Assembly: GCA_001784555.1 (NCBI GenBank)
Contig: MFRM01000020.1
Coordinates: 101,733 to 165,732, forward strand
Direction: 5' to 3'
DNA: 64,000 nucleotides
Source: Candidatus Melainabacteria bacterium RIFCSPHIGHO2_02_FULL_34_12
Lineage (GTDB): Bacteria; Cyanobacteriota; Vampirovibrionia; 2-02-FULL-35-15
Below, piece by piece: positions 11,190-20,614 of this stretch; the first letter of the stretch is position 1; every line of letters begins with the position of its first letter. The notes beneath the pieces were generated by a model. It saw only the letters and a list, made by a program, of their open reading frames with translations. It was not told the DNA's origin and did no database searches. The position numbers were made by a program, and so were the translations under genes.

Positions 11190-12333
11190 GACTAACCCGC
11201 TTTTAATTTTTTTATTTGTTTTTCTTGGTTCAATTATTATTGAACCTGTTTTCTGTAAGGGAGTCGTGCACAACGCCCCTACAGAATGCCTTATTAAAGA
11301 TGAAATAAAAGAACTTAAACCTGGAATAAAATTACACACTGTACAGACGACCAATAATCGTGGTCCAATTGTAGCTTATGTTCTTGAAGTTGATTTAGCA
11401 AATAAAAATATTTCAATAAAAGCAGGTCTCCCAGATAAAGATAAAATTAAAGTTAAAGATACTCTGACAAATATAGTAAAGAGTCACAGGGCATTTGCAG
11501 GTATAAATGCAAATTATTTTGATGTTAAAGCCGGGAATCCACTAGGTACTTTAATTGCTGATAATGAATGGATAGTAGGACCTGTCTATAATCGCGCAGC
11601 TCTTGGTATTTCAAAAGACAATGAAGTGTTTATTGATAAGGTAATGCTTATCGGAAATGTAACTGTTTACAGAGGATTCAGGAAAAAAGAACTTGGTATG
11701 TTTTTTGTAGATGGATTAAATATTCCATATGATTTTTATAAAGGAGTAGGATTGTTTACTTCTAACTGGGGGAAGGAACTGATTCTACCAGAAAATAAAG
11801 TAGCCAGAATAGTTAAAGGCGGACGTATAAATAAGATTGAAGAAGATGTGCTAGAAATTAAGATTCCTTCAAATGGTTATGCTTTAATTGCAAGAGAAGA
11901 TTATGTCCTCGACTTTTTAGAAAAAGGTGATCGGTTAAAAATTGAGTGGCTTAGGGAACCTGACTGGTCTTTAGTTACTGAGGCAATTAGCGGTGGACCT
12001 TATCTCTTAAAAGAAGGAATGATATTTATTGATGAAAAAGAAGAAAACTTCAGATTTTCTAAAAACGATACATATGCTCCCAGAAGTGCAGTGGGTATTG
12101 GGAAAAATAATAATTTATTTTTAATAGCTGTTGACGGAAGAAACAATAATCATTCTGTAGGGTTATCGTTATATGAGCTTGCCGACTTATTGAAAAAACT
12201 TGAGATAACGGATGCAATAAATCTTGACGGCGGAGGCTCTACAACCCTGGTGGTTGAAGGAAAAGTTGTGAACAAATTGAGTGACAGACATGAAAGAAAA
12301 ATTAGCAATGGGCTGCTTATTTTTTACAAATAA
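11173..12333 (+). CDS. secreted phosphodiester glycosidase family protein (NAGPA-like, DUF2233)
   Basis: 386 aa; signal peptide; GINANYFD and INLDGGGSTTL motifs typical of the phosphodiester glycosidase family. Confidence 0.7.
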   Translation: MLTITKTNPLLIFLFVFLGSIIIEPVFCKGVVHNAPTECLIKDEIKELKPGIKLHTVQTTNNRGPIVAYVLEVDLANKNISIKAGLPDKDKIKVKDTLTNIVKSHRAFAGINANYFDVKAGNPLGTLIADNEWIVGPVYNRAALGISKDNEVFIDKVMLIGNVTVYRGFRKKELGMFFVDGLNIPYDFYKGVGLFTSNWGKELILPENKVARIVKGGRINKIEEDVLEIKIPSNGYALIAREDYVLDFLEKGDRLKIEWLREPDWSLVTEAISGGPYLLKEGMIFIDEKEENFRFSKNDTYAPRSAVGIGKNNNLFLIAVDGRNNNHSVGLSLYELADLLKKLEITDAINLDGGGSTTLVVEGKVVNKLSDRHERKISNGLLIFYK

Positions 12334-12335
12334 AA

Positions 12336-12372
12336 ATCGCCGTATCGCCGGTTCGCCCCATCGCGGTCTCGT
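12336..12372. repeat. GC-rich TCGCC-type element between convergent genes
   Basis: cgccgtatcgccggttcgccccatcgcggtctcg flanked by AAAAA and TTTTTT; about 70% identical to the element at 60242-60277. Confidence 0.6.
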
Positions 12373-12375
12373 TTT

Positions 12376-13395
12376 TTATGTTTCCACTATCATTTTTAAA
12401 CACTTGTTTTTAAAACACTTTTCTATTTCTTTAGGAAGTTCTTTTAAAGAGACTGTATCGGTTATTAATTTTTTAAGTTTAATTTTTCCAGTGATTATTA
12501 ACTGGTAAGCTTCTTTAAGTGACAGTGGTGAAGGAGAGTAGCTCCCTAGTATTGAGAGCTCTCGATAATAGATCTCGTTATTATAAAAGCCTTTTTCTTT
12601 TGGAATGCTTGAAAAAACAACTATCTTGCCGCCGGATCTCACAAGCTCTGAAGCATCTTTTAAGCTTTTCTCACTTCCTGAAGCCAGAAAAACAATATCT
12701 ACACCTATGCCCTCTGTTTTATTTAATACCCAGCTTTTTAAATCCGGAGAATTAGCAATATGTCCGTCATGAATAGCCGTCATTTCTCCTGCAAGTGAAA
12801 TTCTTTCTTCAAGCAAATCACATCCAAATGTATATGCTCCTTTTTCCATACATAATTTACCAAGCATAATTCCGATAGATCCTAATCCACTGATAAGAAC
12901 GGTATTGCTTGTGCTTACTTGTGCTCTTGTTACTGCACGCAGGCAACAAGCAAGTGGTTCAGTCAAGGAGATTTCATGATCACTAACAGTTCCTTTTGGA
13001 ATCAAAAATGTAGTTTGTTCAAGGTGCGATCTGGAAAGTCTTATATATTCAGAAAATCCTCCAGGTATTAAGTTTGTACTTTTAAATTGTGAACACATGG
13101 AGTAATTCCCACTTCTGCAGAAATAACAATTTAGGCAAGGAACATGATGTGCCACAACAACTTTCTGTGACGGGGTCCACTTTTTTACCTGGCTGCCAAC
13201 TTTTACAATGGTTCCTACAACTTCATGTCCTAAAACAGTACCCTCTGGAACAAGATTATTTTTTACCTTTATAAGATCTGAACCACATACTCCGCATACA
13301 TCTACTTTAAGCAAAGCCTCATCACCATTTATTTCTGGTTCAGGCATCTCAGTAAGTTTTAATTTTTCAGTTTTGTTATAGGTTACGCAGAACAT
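12376..13395 (-). CDS. zinc-dependent alcohol/polyol dehydrogenase (MDR family)
   Basis: 339 aa; GVCGSDL, GHE, structural-Zn Cys cluster, Rossmann GLGSIG. Confidence 0.8.
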   Translation of the reverse strand: MFCVTYNKTEKLKLTEMPEPEINGDEALLKVDVCGVCGSDLIKVKNNLVPEGTVLGHEVVGTIVKVGSQVKKWTPSQKVVVAHHVPCLNCYFCRSGNYSMCSQFKSTNLIPGGFSEYIRLSRSHLEQTTFLIPKGTVSDHEISLTEPLACCLRAVTRAQVSTSNTVLISGLGSIGIMLGKLCMEKGAYTFGCDLLEERISLAGEMTAIHDGHIANSPDLKSWVLNKTEGIGVDIVFLASGSEKSLKDASELVRSGGKIVVFSSIPKEKGFYNNEIYYRELSILGSYSPSPLSLKEAYQLIITGKIKLKKLITDTVSLKELPKEIEKCFKNKCLKMIVET

Positions 13396-13398
13396 AAG

Positions 13399-14733
13399 TT
13401 ACATTTTATTTAAGATAGGAGCGTTTAACCAAGCTCTATTACCATTTATCCATACTTCTTTAAGATCCTCACTGTTATTAGTCTCAAAGATAAGCAAATG
13501 ATAAGGATCCTGATATGTACAGCCCGATTTATTCTTAATATCGTATATAAGAAAATCTGCAGATAGCCCTTTTTGCAGGGCCCCTATTTCAGAATCTTTG
13601 CCTAGTATCTTTGCAGCATTAATAGTCATTGCAGCAAACATTTCTTTGGCCGAAATCTGATTATTATAAATAATGCTTTGTTGATTAATTGCAAATCTTG
13701 CTTCATTCAAAAGATCTAAATCGTTGTTACTTGCAGTACTGTCAGTGCCTATCCCCCATAAAAATCCAAGCTTATTCCAGAGTTTTAAATTTGCAGTCCC
13801 GTTATTTAAATAATAATTACTTCTAGGACAATGGACCAGTTTTATATTATGGGTTTTTAAAATATTCAAGTCATTATTATTTATCTGTGAAAGATGGGTA
13901 GCAATTATATTTTCATTTAACAAATCGTTTTTGTTTAAGAAATCTATTCCTGAATCATATCTTTTCCAGTATTTTAATTTTGGATCAAGTTTTTTAATTT
14001 TCTCCCAAAATTTTAAAGCTGGTCCTGATTTTTCATTCCACCAGATTTTTTCCTGAGGAGATTCTTCAAGATGTGTAAGGAGTGGTTTGTTGTTTTCTTT
14101 TAACCACGCCATTAGTTTTTCCCAGAGAGAGACTGAAACATTATATGGAGCATGAGGGGACAGTGTGAATTCTAAACGTGAAGTAGTGTAGGGGCAGGAT
14201 TTATCCTGCCCATTCAGATGATTATTTAATTGGGTAATTTCTTTTACTGATTGTAAAAATATTTTTTCAGCCTCTTTTTCATCCGAACTAAAAATTTCAA
14301 GACCTATCGTGGCTTTTAAAGGATATCTGGAAATCATTTCAGCGCTGAGATTGCTTGGTGTATTTTCGACCAGATATGTTGTTCCGGTAGAAATTGCTTT
14401 TTTAATTCCTTCTTCTGTAGATAATTTAAGTTCTTTCTCAGACCATTGAGTAGTTTTATCTATTAATTTTTCAAGCCATGGAAATAATCCATCCGGACAT
14501 TCGATTAGATTTAAACTGGAGTAAAACAGGTGGGTATGTAAATTTATAAAGCCAGGACAAATTAAAGATTTGCCATGGTCGATTATTTTCCCCTGAAAGC
14601 TATTTAAATCTCCAAAATCTTCTTTTTTGCCTATTAAAACTATTTTTGAATCTACTATAAGTAAGCCACCACCCATAATAGGCTCTTTATTATTTGAAAT
14701 TATTATTTCTGCAAGGTGTAATGTTTTAGTCAC
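13399..14733 (-). CDS. amidohydrolase family protein (MtaD/guanine-deaminase-like metal-dependent deaminase)
   Basis: 444 aa; HTH metal motif (INLHTHL), GIGTDSTASNN..LD motif. Confidence 0.7.
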   Translation of the reverse strand: MTKTLHLAEIIISNNKEPIMGGGLLIVDSKIVLIGKKEDFGDLNSFQGKIIDHGKSLICPGFINLHTHLFYSSLNLIECPDGLFPWLEKLIDKTTQWSEKELKLSTEEGIKKAISTGTTYLVENTPSNLSAEMISRYPLKATIGLEIFSSDEKEAEKIFLQSVKEITQLNNHLNGQDKSCPYTTSRLEFTLSPHAPYNVSVSLWEKLMAWLKENNKPLLTHLEESPQEKIWWNEKSGPALKFWEKIKKLDPKLKYWKRYDSGIDFLNKNDLLNENIIATHLSQINNNDLNILKTHNIKLVHCPRSNYYLNNGTANLKLWNKLGFLWGIGTDSTASNNDLDLLNEARFAINQQSIIYNNQISAKEMFAAMTINAAKILGKDSEIGALQKGLSADFLIYDIKNKSGCTYQDPYHLLIFETNNSEDLKEVWINGNRAWLNAPILNKM

Positions 14734-14761
14734 GATGTTTATTCTAACAAGGGCTAATCAC

Positions 14762-16906
14762 TTAGCCTGCCATATGCAATGCAACAGCTCTGCCTGCTTT
14801 GTAAATATGAGACATTCCTTTTCCGCAGCTTTGTACAGCATGTAAATATACTGGCATCATTTCACCAATATTTCCTGCACCATAGTCACCTATTCTAATA
14901 GAACTCTCTTTAACTAACCAGTCAGATAAGTGGTAAGGAAGATTTTTATCTCCCATTTCAACTATATTTACAAAGTCCAGGACATTTAATGGTGAAACAA
15001 CAAATTGGGCAAAAAATGTTCTAAATTTAAAAACCTCTTTAATATCATCCCAATATTTTATGGGATGTAAAATCATCTCTTGAAAACTATTTGACTTTAT
15101 CTTTGGTTTTTTAAATATCTTGGACTGTAATTGAGGATTTACTGATTCATCAGTAGTTGTTTCACAGGCTTTTATTTCGCCATCAATAATTGCTTCAAGC
15201 TCTGCATTTATCCTGTCATAGACATGATAACGATTAAAGAAATCATTGATCTGATTTTCATTAAATAAAGAAGCTTCTTTTAAATATTTTTTAAGTCTTT
15301 CTCTAGCTTGAGAAATCATAGTATTCCTATTATCCTTCAGTATTTCTCCCCATAATTTTGATGGTACTATTTGATCTTTTTCTTTAATTCTAGTAACCAG
15401 CTGATTTGTTGATTTATCAGTGTCTTCATATGTAATTTCACTTTCAAATATTTGTTTATATAAGGCTTCTCTTAAAGGAGTAAAGCATTCCTGTCGTGCA
15501 ATAACCTTATATATGTCATCGTATAAAAACTTTTTACCTGTCTTCTTTTCTATGAGACTTCTTGCAAAATCAGAAATTGATTTTGCCCAACCTTTATTTG
15601 GATTAAATATAATATCCCGGTATTTTCTGGGATCAAGATATTTTGGATCATTTGGTTTATCCAATACTCCTCTTGCCCGGTTTATTGCATTGCAAACATA
15701 AAATGTAGTAGTAGTAATAGTTTGTGGAAGTCGGACAAATAAACCATAGAGAATAGTAAAGTAGCAATGACCTGCAAATGCTCCAATATTAAGCACCCTG
15801 TCAAAAAACCTTATAGTGCTGTCAGTATCACCTGCTTCTACATTTTTAAAACCATGCCGGAAATGATCAAATGCAGGCCATACAACGTTTATCATTCCTA
15901 AGGGAGATGCCACTGCCTGTACAATTTTTCCAAATTCTCTGCCTCCTTTTAAAATATTTCCCAGAAAACTTCCGCTGGCTGAGTTTGTATGCCACCAGTC
16001 TTTAGCTTTCATAGCGCTTTTATATATGGGAGAATCTTCTGAAATCGCGTTTTTTAAACTTTCAACTGATTCTAAAGTTCTGATTATAGTGTCAAAGGAT
16101 TTACCAATATATGTTGGAATCCAGCATACTGAGCTTATAAAAGTACCCAGAAAAGATGTAACAGGTGCTTCTGAAAATCTGTTTTTTATGGATGTAAAAT
16201 CACCTTTAAAAAAATCTACAATATTTAATATTCCAGTCATAAACTGATGACCCTGAGGTGTTACTGCAGCATTATCACTTCCAATATCACCGAGTTGTCT
16301 AAATAATTTTCTTTCATTTTCTAATTTAAATCTTTCTCCATCTGAAAGTTTAGAACTAGCCAGGTTAATTGATTTCCATAATGTAGCTGCCCTGCCTCCT
16401 GTATATGAAAAAAGAGTAAATAATATATGAGGCATATTGATTAAAGTAGTAATCATATGACCTGTAGATTGAGTAGCTTTTTTTAAGGGACCAAATGCAG
16501 TCATGGGAGCAAAAGCAATACTTAAAATCGGATAAACTATTTCTACTAATTTGTTGCTGCTTTGTTCGGTAGGATCTTTTGCTTTATAACCTTCATATTC
16601 ACCAAGAGCAGTTGTAAGTGGAATAAAAAGTGTGGCTGGTATTGCAAATAAGCTGCTTATTAATTCCCCAACATTTCCAATTCTGTTAAGTGCCTGTTTG
16701 GCTCCATCCTTAAAAGCAATGCCGCATGCAATAGCTCCGGCTGCTACAGCCCCAAGGGCAATTCTTGTAGAAGTTTTGCTTTGGTTTAATTCTTGGGCAG
16801 AAAGGCCGGATTGAGCTAGTGGTTTTTCAGTTCTTGAAAAACTACTAGCTTGCCTTCGATAGGATGTAGAGCGGCCTACGCTTTTGTCAGTTGCTGAAGT
16901 TTGCAT
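14762..16906 (-). CDS. large lineage-specific hypothetical protein (714 aa) with polar Ser/Thr/Arg-rich N-terminus followed by paired hydrophobic segments
   Basis: Long uninterrupted ORF with no recognisable enzymatic motif; hydrophobic pair IALGAVAAGAIACGIAF / LISSLFAIPATLFIPLTTALG after a ~45-aa polar leader. Confidence 0.6.
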   Translation of the reverse strand: MQTSATDKSVGRSTSYRRQASSFSRTEKPLAQSGLSAQELNQSKTSTRIALGAVAAGAIACGIAFKDGAKQALNRIGNVGELISSLFAIPATLFIPLTTALGEYEGYKAKDPTEQSSNKLVEIVYPILSIAFAPMTAFGPLKKATQSTGHMITTLINMPHILFTLFSYTGGRAATLWKSINLASSKLSDGERFKLENERKLFRQLGDIGSDNAAVTPQGHQFMTGILNIVDFFKGDFTSIKNRFSEAPVTSFLGTFISSVCWIPTYIGKSFDTIIRTLESVESLKNAISEDSPIYKSAMKAKDWWHTNSASGSFLGNILKGGREFGKIVQAVASPLGMINVVWPAFDHFRHGFKNVEAGDTDSTIRFFDRVLNIGAFAGHCYFTILYGLFVRLPQTITTTTFYVCNAINRARGVLDKPNDPKYLDPRKYRDIIFNPNKGWAKSISDFARSLIEKKTGKKFLYDDIYKVIARQECFTPLREALYKQIFESEITYEDTDKSTNQLVTRIKEKDQIVPSKLWGEILKDNRNTMISQARERLKKYLKEASLFNENQINDFFNRYHVYDRINAELEAIIDGEIKACETTTDESVNPQLQSKIFKKPKIKSNSFQEMILHPIKYWDDIKEVFKFRTFFAQFVVSPLNVLDFVNIVEMGDKNLPYHLSDWLVKESSIRIGDYGAGNIGEMMPVYLHAVQSCGKGMSHIYKAGRAVALHMAG

Positions 16907-16959
16907 TTATTTGATTATGTAATAATAAGCTAATAAAACTGTCTTTAAAAAACAGCTAA

Positions 16960-16977
16960 TATACACAAATGTGTATA
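16960..16977. promoter_or_regulatory. operator-like inverted repeat TATACACA-AA-TGTGTATA upstream of the 714-aa gene
   Basis: 8-bp perfect arms, 54 bp upstream of the start at 16906. Confidence 0.4.
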
Positions 16978-17052
16978 TTAGAATTGTATGAACATTAAGG
17001 AATTGCTGTCTAGTATTGCACTCTACAAATTTCCTTAACCAATATCTTGGTT

Positions 17053-17076
17053 AAGGCTTTAACTTTAATTAGAAAT
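17053..17076. promoter_or_regulatory. inverted repeat CCTTAACCAA-TATC-TTGGTTAAGG; TTGGTTAAG recurs at 17111
   Basis: 10-bp perfect arms in the region between the divergent 714-aa gene and the tRNA cluster. Confidence 0.4.
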
Positions 17077-17172
17077 TTTTTTCTCAATTTATTTATGAAT
17101 TTCTCTTTATTTGGTTAAGAAAAACGTTTATTATAGATAGGCAACCATTTTAGTTTTTAGCTATGGTAATTT

Positions 17173-17245
17173 GCGCCCGTAGCTCAGTGGATAGAGCAAC
17201 CGCCTTCTAAGTGGTTGGTCGGACGTTCGAATCGTCTCGGGCGCG
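17173..17245 (+). tRNA. tRNA-Arg (anticodon TCT)
   Basis: Cloverleaf folded by hand: acceptor GCGCCCG/CGGGCGC, anticodon loop CTTCTAA, T-loop TTCGAAT; no encoded CCA. Confidence 0.85.
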
Positions 17246-17295
17246 CATAGAAATTTTCAATTTTCAATTGTAAATTGTAAATTGAAAATTGAAAC
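17246..17295. repeat. AT-only heptad repeat / 14-bp inverted repeat in tRNA spacer
   Basis: (TTTTCAA)x2-(TTGTAAA)x2-(TTGAAAA)x2; outer 14-mers are exact reverse complements. Confidence 0.8.
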
Positions 17296-17374
17296 GGGCG
17301 CTTGGCGGAATGGCAGACGCGCATGACTTAGGATCATGTGGGCAACCGTAGAGGTTCAAGTCCTCTAGCGCCCA
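17296..17374 (+). tRNA. tRNA-Leu (anticodon TAG)
   Basis: Acceptor GGGCGCT/AGCGCCC, anticodon stem CATGA/TCATG, loop CTTAGGA, long variable arm, T-loop TTCAAGT. Confidence 0.85.
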
Positions 17375-17377
17375 ATA

Positions 17378-17449
17378 GGGCTACTAGCTCAATGGTAGAG
17401 CACACGCCTCTTAAGCGTTAGGTTATGGGTTCGAATCCCCTGTGGCCCA
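17378..17449 (+). tRNA. tRNA-Lys (anticodon CTT)
   Basis: Acceptor GGGCTAC/GTGGCCC (one G-U), anticodon loop CTCTTAA, T-loop TTCGAAT. Confidence 0.75.
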
Positions 17450-17601
17450 AGTTATTTTCGAAAATCACAAATCATCTTTCTTATTCAAATGCTCATTTAA
17501 AGATGACATTAAAAAAGATATTAATACTAGAATTCCAAACAATAAAAATATTTGACTAATAATTATCATAGACTTTCTTTCTTAGTATGATTTACCCAGA
17601 A

Positions 17602-18450
17602 TTAGCCAATTATTTTTCTTAAATCTGATTTTGTTACTTTCAAAAGTTTTAAAGCAGTGCTTAAATCACATTTTTTATAGTGCATAACAATGGCTGCTTT
17701 TGTGTTTTTTTTAGCTTTTGTGAATAGAGAACTTGCTTTGTTAAGCGGTATTTTACAAATAATGGAGATAATACTGATTGCACGTTTAATTAGTTTTTTA
17801 TTTGTGGGTTGTACATCTATCATTAGATTTTCATATATTTTACCTGACTTAATCATTGAAATTGAGCTGAGCATATTCAGTATAATTTTTTGTGCAGTGC
17901 CTGAGCTTAGCCGACTAGAGCCTGCAATAATTTCATCTTTTATATCTGGTGTAATCTTATAATTTGATATTTTTACAAGGGTTGATTTTGGATTTGTAGT
18001 TATTCCAATTGTTAAAGCGCTTTTCTTCTTAGAAAATTTAATAGCAGAAAGTGTATAAGGAGTTTCTCCGCTGGCTGATATACCTACTACCACATCGTTT
18101 TTTGTAAGATTGATTTTTTTTAGATCTTTAGCTGCCAGTGCTAAATTATCCTCAATACCTTCTTTTGCCATAAACACAGCCTCTTTTCCACCTGCAATAA
18201 TTCCTAGAAATAAATCTGTACTGAATGTAGGTTTGCACTCAACTGCATCTAATATCCCTAATCTTCCGCTGGTTCCGGCACCTACGTAAATCATCCGCCC
18301 GCCACTTTTTATTTTAGAAATGATTTTATTAATTACTTTTGTTATGTTTGATTTTTGACTTTTTATAGAATTAATTGCAGCTAGTTCTTTATTCAGGAAT
18401 AAATTAGTTAGTTCACTGGTTGACATTAAATCTAGGTTTTTATTTGTCAT
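17602..18450 (-). CDS. murQ: N-acetylmuramic acid 6-phosphate etherase
   Basis: 282 aa; SIS domain with GAGTSGRLG signature. Confidence 0.85.
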   Translation of the reverse strand: MTNKNLDLMSTSELTNLFLNKELAAINSIKSQKSNITKVINKIISKIKSGGRMIYVGAGTSGRLGILDAVECKPTFSTDLFLGIIAGGKEAVFMAKEGIEDNLALAAKDLKKINLTKNDVVVGISASGETPYTLSAIKFSKKKSALTIGITTNPKSTLVKISNYKITPDIKDEIIAGSSRLSSGTAQKIILNMLSSISMIKSGKIYENLMIDVQPTNKKLIKRAISIISIICKIPLNKASSLFTKAKKNTKAAIVMHYKKCDLSTALKLLKVTKSDLRKIIG

Positions 18451-18453
18451 GTT

Positions 18454-20097
18454 TTAATTTTCTAATATTCTTTTAGCTGCCATTTTAGCAACATTATTAA
18501 AAATAGGTCCGCAGACTGTATTTCCCCATCCTCCACCAGTTTTAGGATCATCTACTACGACTAAAGTAAGAATTTTTGGATCACTAGCAGGCAGATAGCC
18601 TATAAATGATGCAACTGTATGTCCTGCCAGGTATCCTTTTCCATCAGCTCTTATTTTTTGTGCAGTGCCGGTTTTTCCTGCCACTTCATATCCAGGTACA
18701 TTACCTCCTATATATGCCATTGCTTCCACGCTTTCTTTAACACTTTGTTTTAATAAACCTGAAACATAATCTGCAACTTCCGGTGAAATCACTTCTTCGA
18801 TTATTGGTTGATAAGGACTTTCATTGATTAAATTATATTCTGGATCCCACGTGCCTTTTAATATATGAGGTTGAACCCAAATGCCATGATTTGCTACAGC
18901 ATTAACTGCGCAGGCTAATTGTATGGGAGTAACAGAAACTGCACCTTGTCCAAATCCGGTTGTAGCAGAGTCAATAGTTCTCCACTTTTTGTGATTTAAT
19001 AATAATCCCAGTGATTCCCCAGGAAGATCAACTTTTGTTCTGGTACCAATCATAAATTTTTGAATGGAGTTATAAAAAACTTCAGGTGGCATAGAAAGTC
19101 CTATATGAGCACTGGCTACGTTGCTGGATTGTTTAAAAAGTTCAAGTAAATTAATGTTTTGTGGTTTTGTTTTGTTATGATTTCTTAGTATCCTTTTGCC
19201 TACTGTGATTGAACCGGTATCAAAGTAAGTAAAATTTTCATCAATTAGCATATTTTCAAGGGCACTTGATATGGTAACTATTTTAAAAGTAGAGCCAGGC
19301 TGATAAATATCAGTGATTGCCCAGTTTTTAATGGATTTTTCTTTGTAGTAAAAGTTTGGATTATAGTTGGGATATACTGCCCATGCAAAAATTTCACCTG
19401 TTTTTGGAGAAATTACTAATATAGAACCACGTTCGGCTCTTGATTTTTGAATTGCTTCAATTAATTCTTTTTCTGCATATTCCTGAAGTGCTGAGTCTAT
19501 TGTTAGCACGATGTCATTTCCCTGTGGGTAAAGTTTATTAGTGGTTTTTGTTGATATTTTTGTTAATAAATCTTCGTGTGAATATTCAACCCCGTTTTGT
19601 CCTATGTGATCAGTGTTTACATAGCCAAGAAGGTGAGATGCCATTTTATTAAGCGGGTAGATTCTAGATACTCTGGGTTCAAAATGCACAAAATCAATCT
19701 GTGAATCTTTAATCTTTTTCATTATATCCAGGCTAACTTCCGGGAATATTTTTGTGTTCTTTCTTTGATTAAGCTTTTTAATAAGATTCTGCTGACTTAT
19801 TCTTAAAATCTTACTTAGTTTAATTACTTTATCTTCAGGAATTGCTTTTGATTTATCGACGTTGTTGTAAATATCATAGGTGACAAGATCCAATGCAAGC
19901 AAAGAGCCGTTTCTATCTCTTATATCTCCACGTAATATGATCTTTGGCATGCTAAATTGTAACTTAGCTTTAGAGACAATTTTTTTAGAGCTTACTACTT
20001 GCAGATTAAACAGCTCTAGCCATATTAAAAAAATAAATGAAAAGAAGAAAAATAGCCATATATAAAATCGTTGCTTGAAATTTAAAAACATATGCAA
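18454..20097 (-). CDS. ftsI: peptidoglycan D,D-transpeptidase FtsI (PBP3-type)
   Basis: 547 aa; TM anchor, S-T-F-K, SSN, K-T-G-T motifs; position downstream of rsmH-ftsL. Confidence 0.85.
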   Translation of the reverse strand: MHMFLNFKQRFYIWLFFFFSFIFLIWLELFNLQVVSSKKIVSKAKLQFSMPKIILRGDIRDRNGSLLALDLVTYDIYNNVDKSKAIPEDKVIKLSKILRISQQNLIKKLNQRKNTKIFPEVSLDIMKKIKDSQIDFVHFEPRVSRIYPLNKMASHLLGYVNTDHIGQNGVEYSHEDLLTKISTKTTNKLYPQGNDIVLTIDSALQEYAEKELIEAIQKSRAERGSILVISPKTGEIFAWAVYPNYNPNFYYKEKSIKNWAITDIYQPGSTFKIVTISSALENMLIDENFTYFDTGSITVGKRILRNHNKTKPQNINLLELFKQSSNVASAHIGLSMPPEVFYNSIQKFMIGTRTKVDLPGESLGLLLNHKKWRTIDSATTGFGQGAVSVTPIQLACAVNAVANHGIWVQPHILKGTWDPEYNLINESPYQPIIEEVISPEVADYVSGLLKQSVKESVEAMAYIGGNVPGYEVAGKTGTAQKIRADGKGYLAGHTVASFIGYLPASDPKILTLVVVDDPKTGGGWGNTVCGPIFNNVAKMAAKRILEN

Positions 20098-20110
20098 GCA
20101 AGATTATATA

Positions 20111-20614
20111 TTAAAAACCTGCAAATTGAATAGAAGGATATTTTTTTATCTGATTAACTTTTGAATAGATGTTGTTATTTCGCTCATTTGTGTTTTTTAC
20201 GTAAATAATTTCTTTTGAATCTTCCATTTTATAAAGCTCTGCATTTAAAAATAATTTATTGTAACTAGAAGCCTGATTTACCTTTGCAAGTAAAACTGAT
20301 TTTTTATTTGCGAGGTTTTTTGCATTATCTGATAATTGAAAATTTTGAGCTTGTAAGGGAAGGGAAACGCAGGTTATAAACAAACAACAAGCAATCATAA
20401 AGACAGAAGAGAGAACGATGAAATTAAAGGCAGATCTGAGTAAAAGTCTTGAGCTGACTTTTACTCCAAATGGGAGAGTAAGTATTTTTGCAACTTTTGG
20501 AGAAGTTGTGAATCCGTCAACTTTATAAGGAGGATTCAGGACAAGTGAACTTAAAACCTGACTTTTATAAATGTAGTTTTCGTTTATTGGATTTGATTTT
20601 GAGTATAAAGTCAT
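20111..20614 (-). CDS. FtsL/DivIC-like bitopic cell division protein (by position and topology)
   Basis: 167 aa; single TM and predicted coiled coil; sits between rsmH and ftsI as in dcw clusters. Confidence 0.4.
   Translation of the reverse strand: MTLYSKSNPINENYIYKSQVLSSLVLNPPYKVDGFTTSPKVAKILTLPFGVKVSSRLLLRSAFNFIVLSSVFMIACCLFITCVSLPLQAQNFQLSDNAKNLANKKSVLLAKVNQASSYNKLFLNAELYKMEDSKEIIYVKNTNERNNNIYSKVNQIKKYPSIQFAGF

Noticed and set aside
12336-12372. GC island read as a bidirectional terminator (A-run / GC / T-run)
   Set aside because: No convincing stem can be drawn within the GC segment; treated as a dispersed repeat instead.
17173-17449. tRNA cluster as an integration site for a genomic island
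   Set aside because: No integrase, direct repeats of tRNA 3' ends, or phage genes nearby; only adjacency to one orphan gene.
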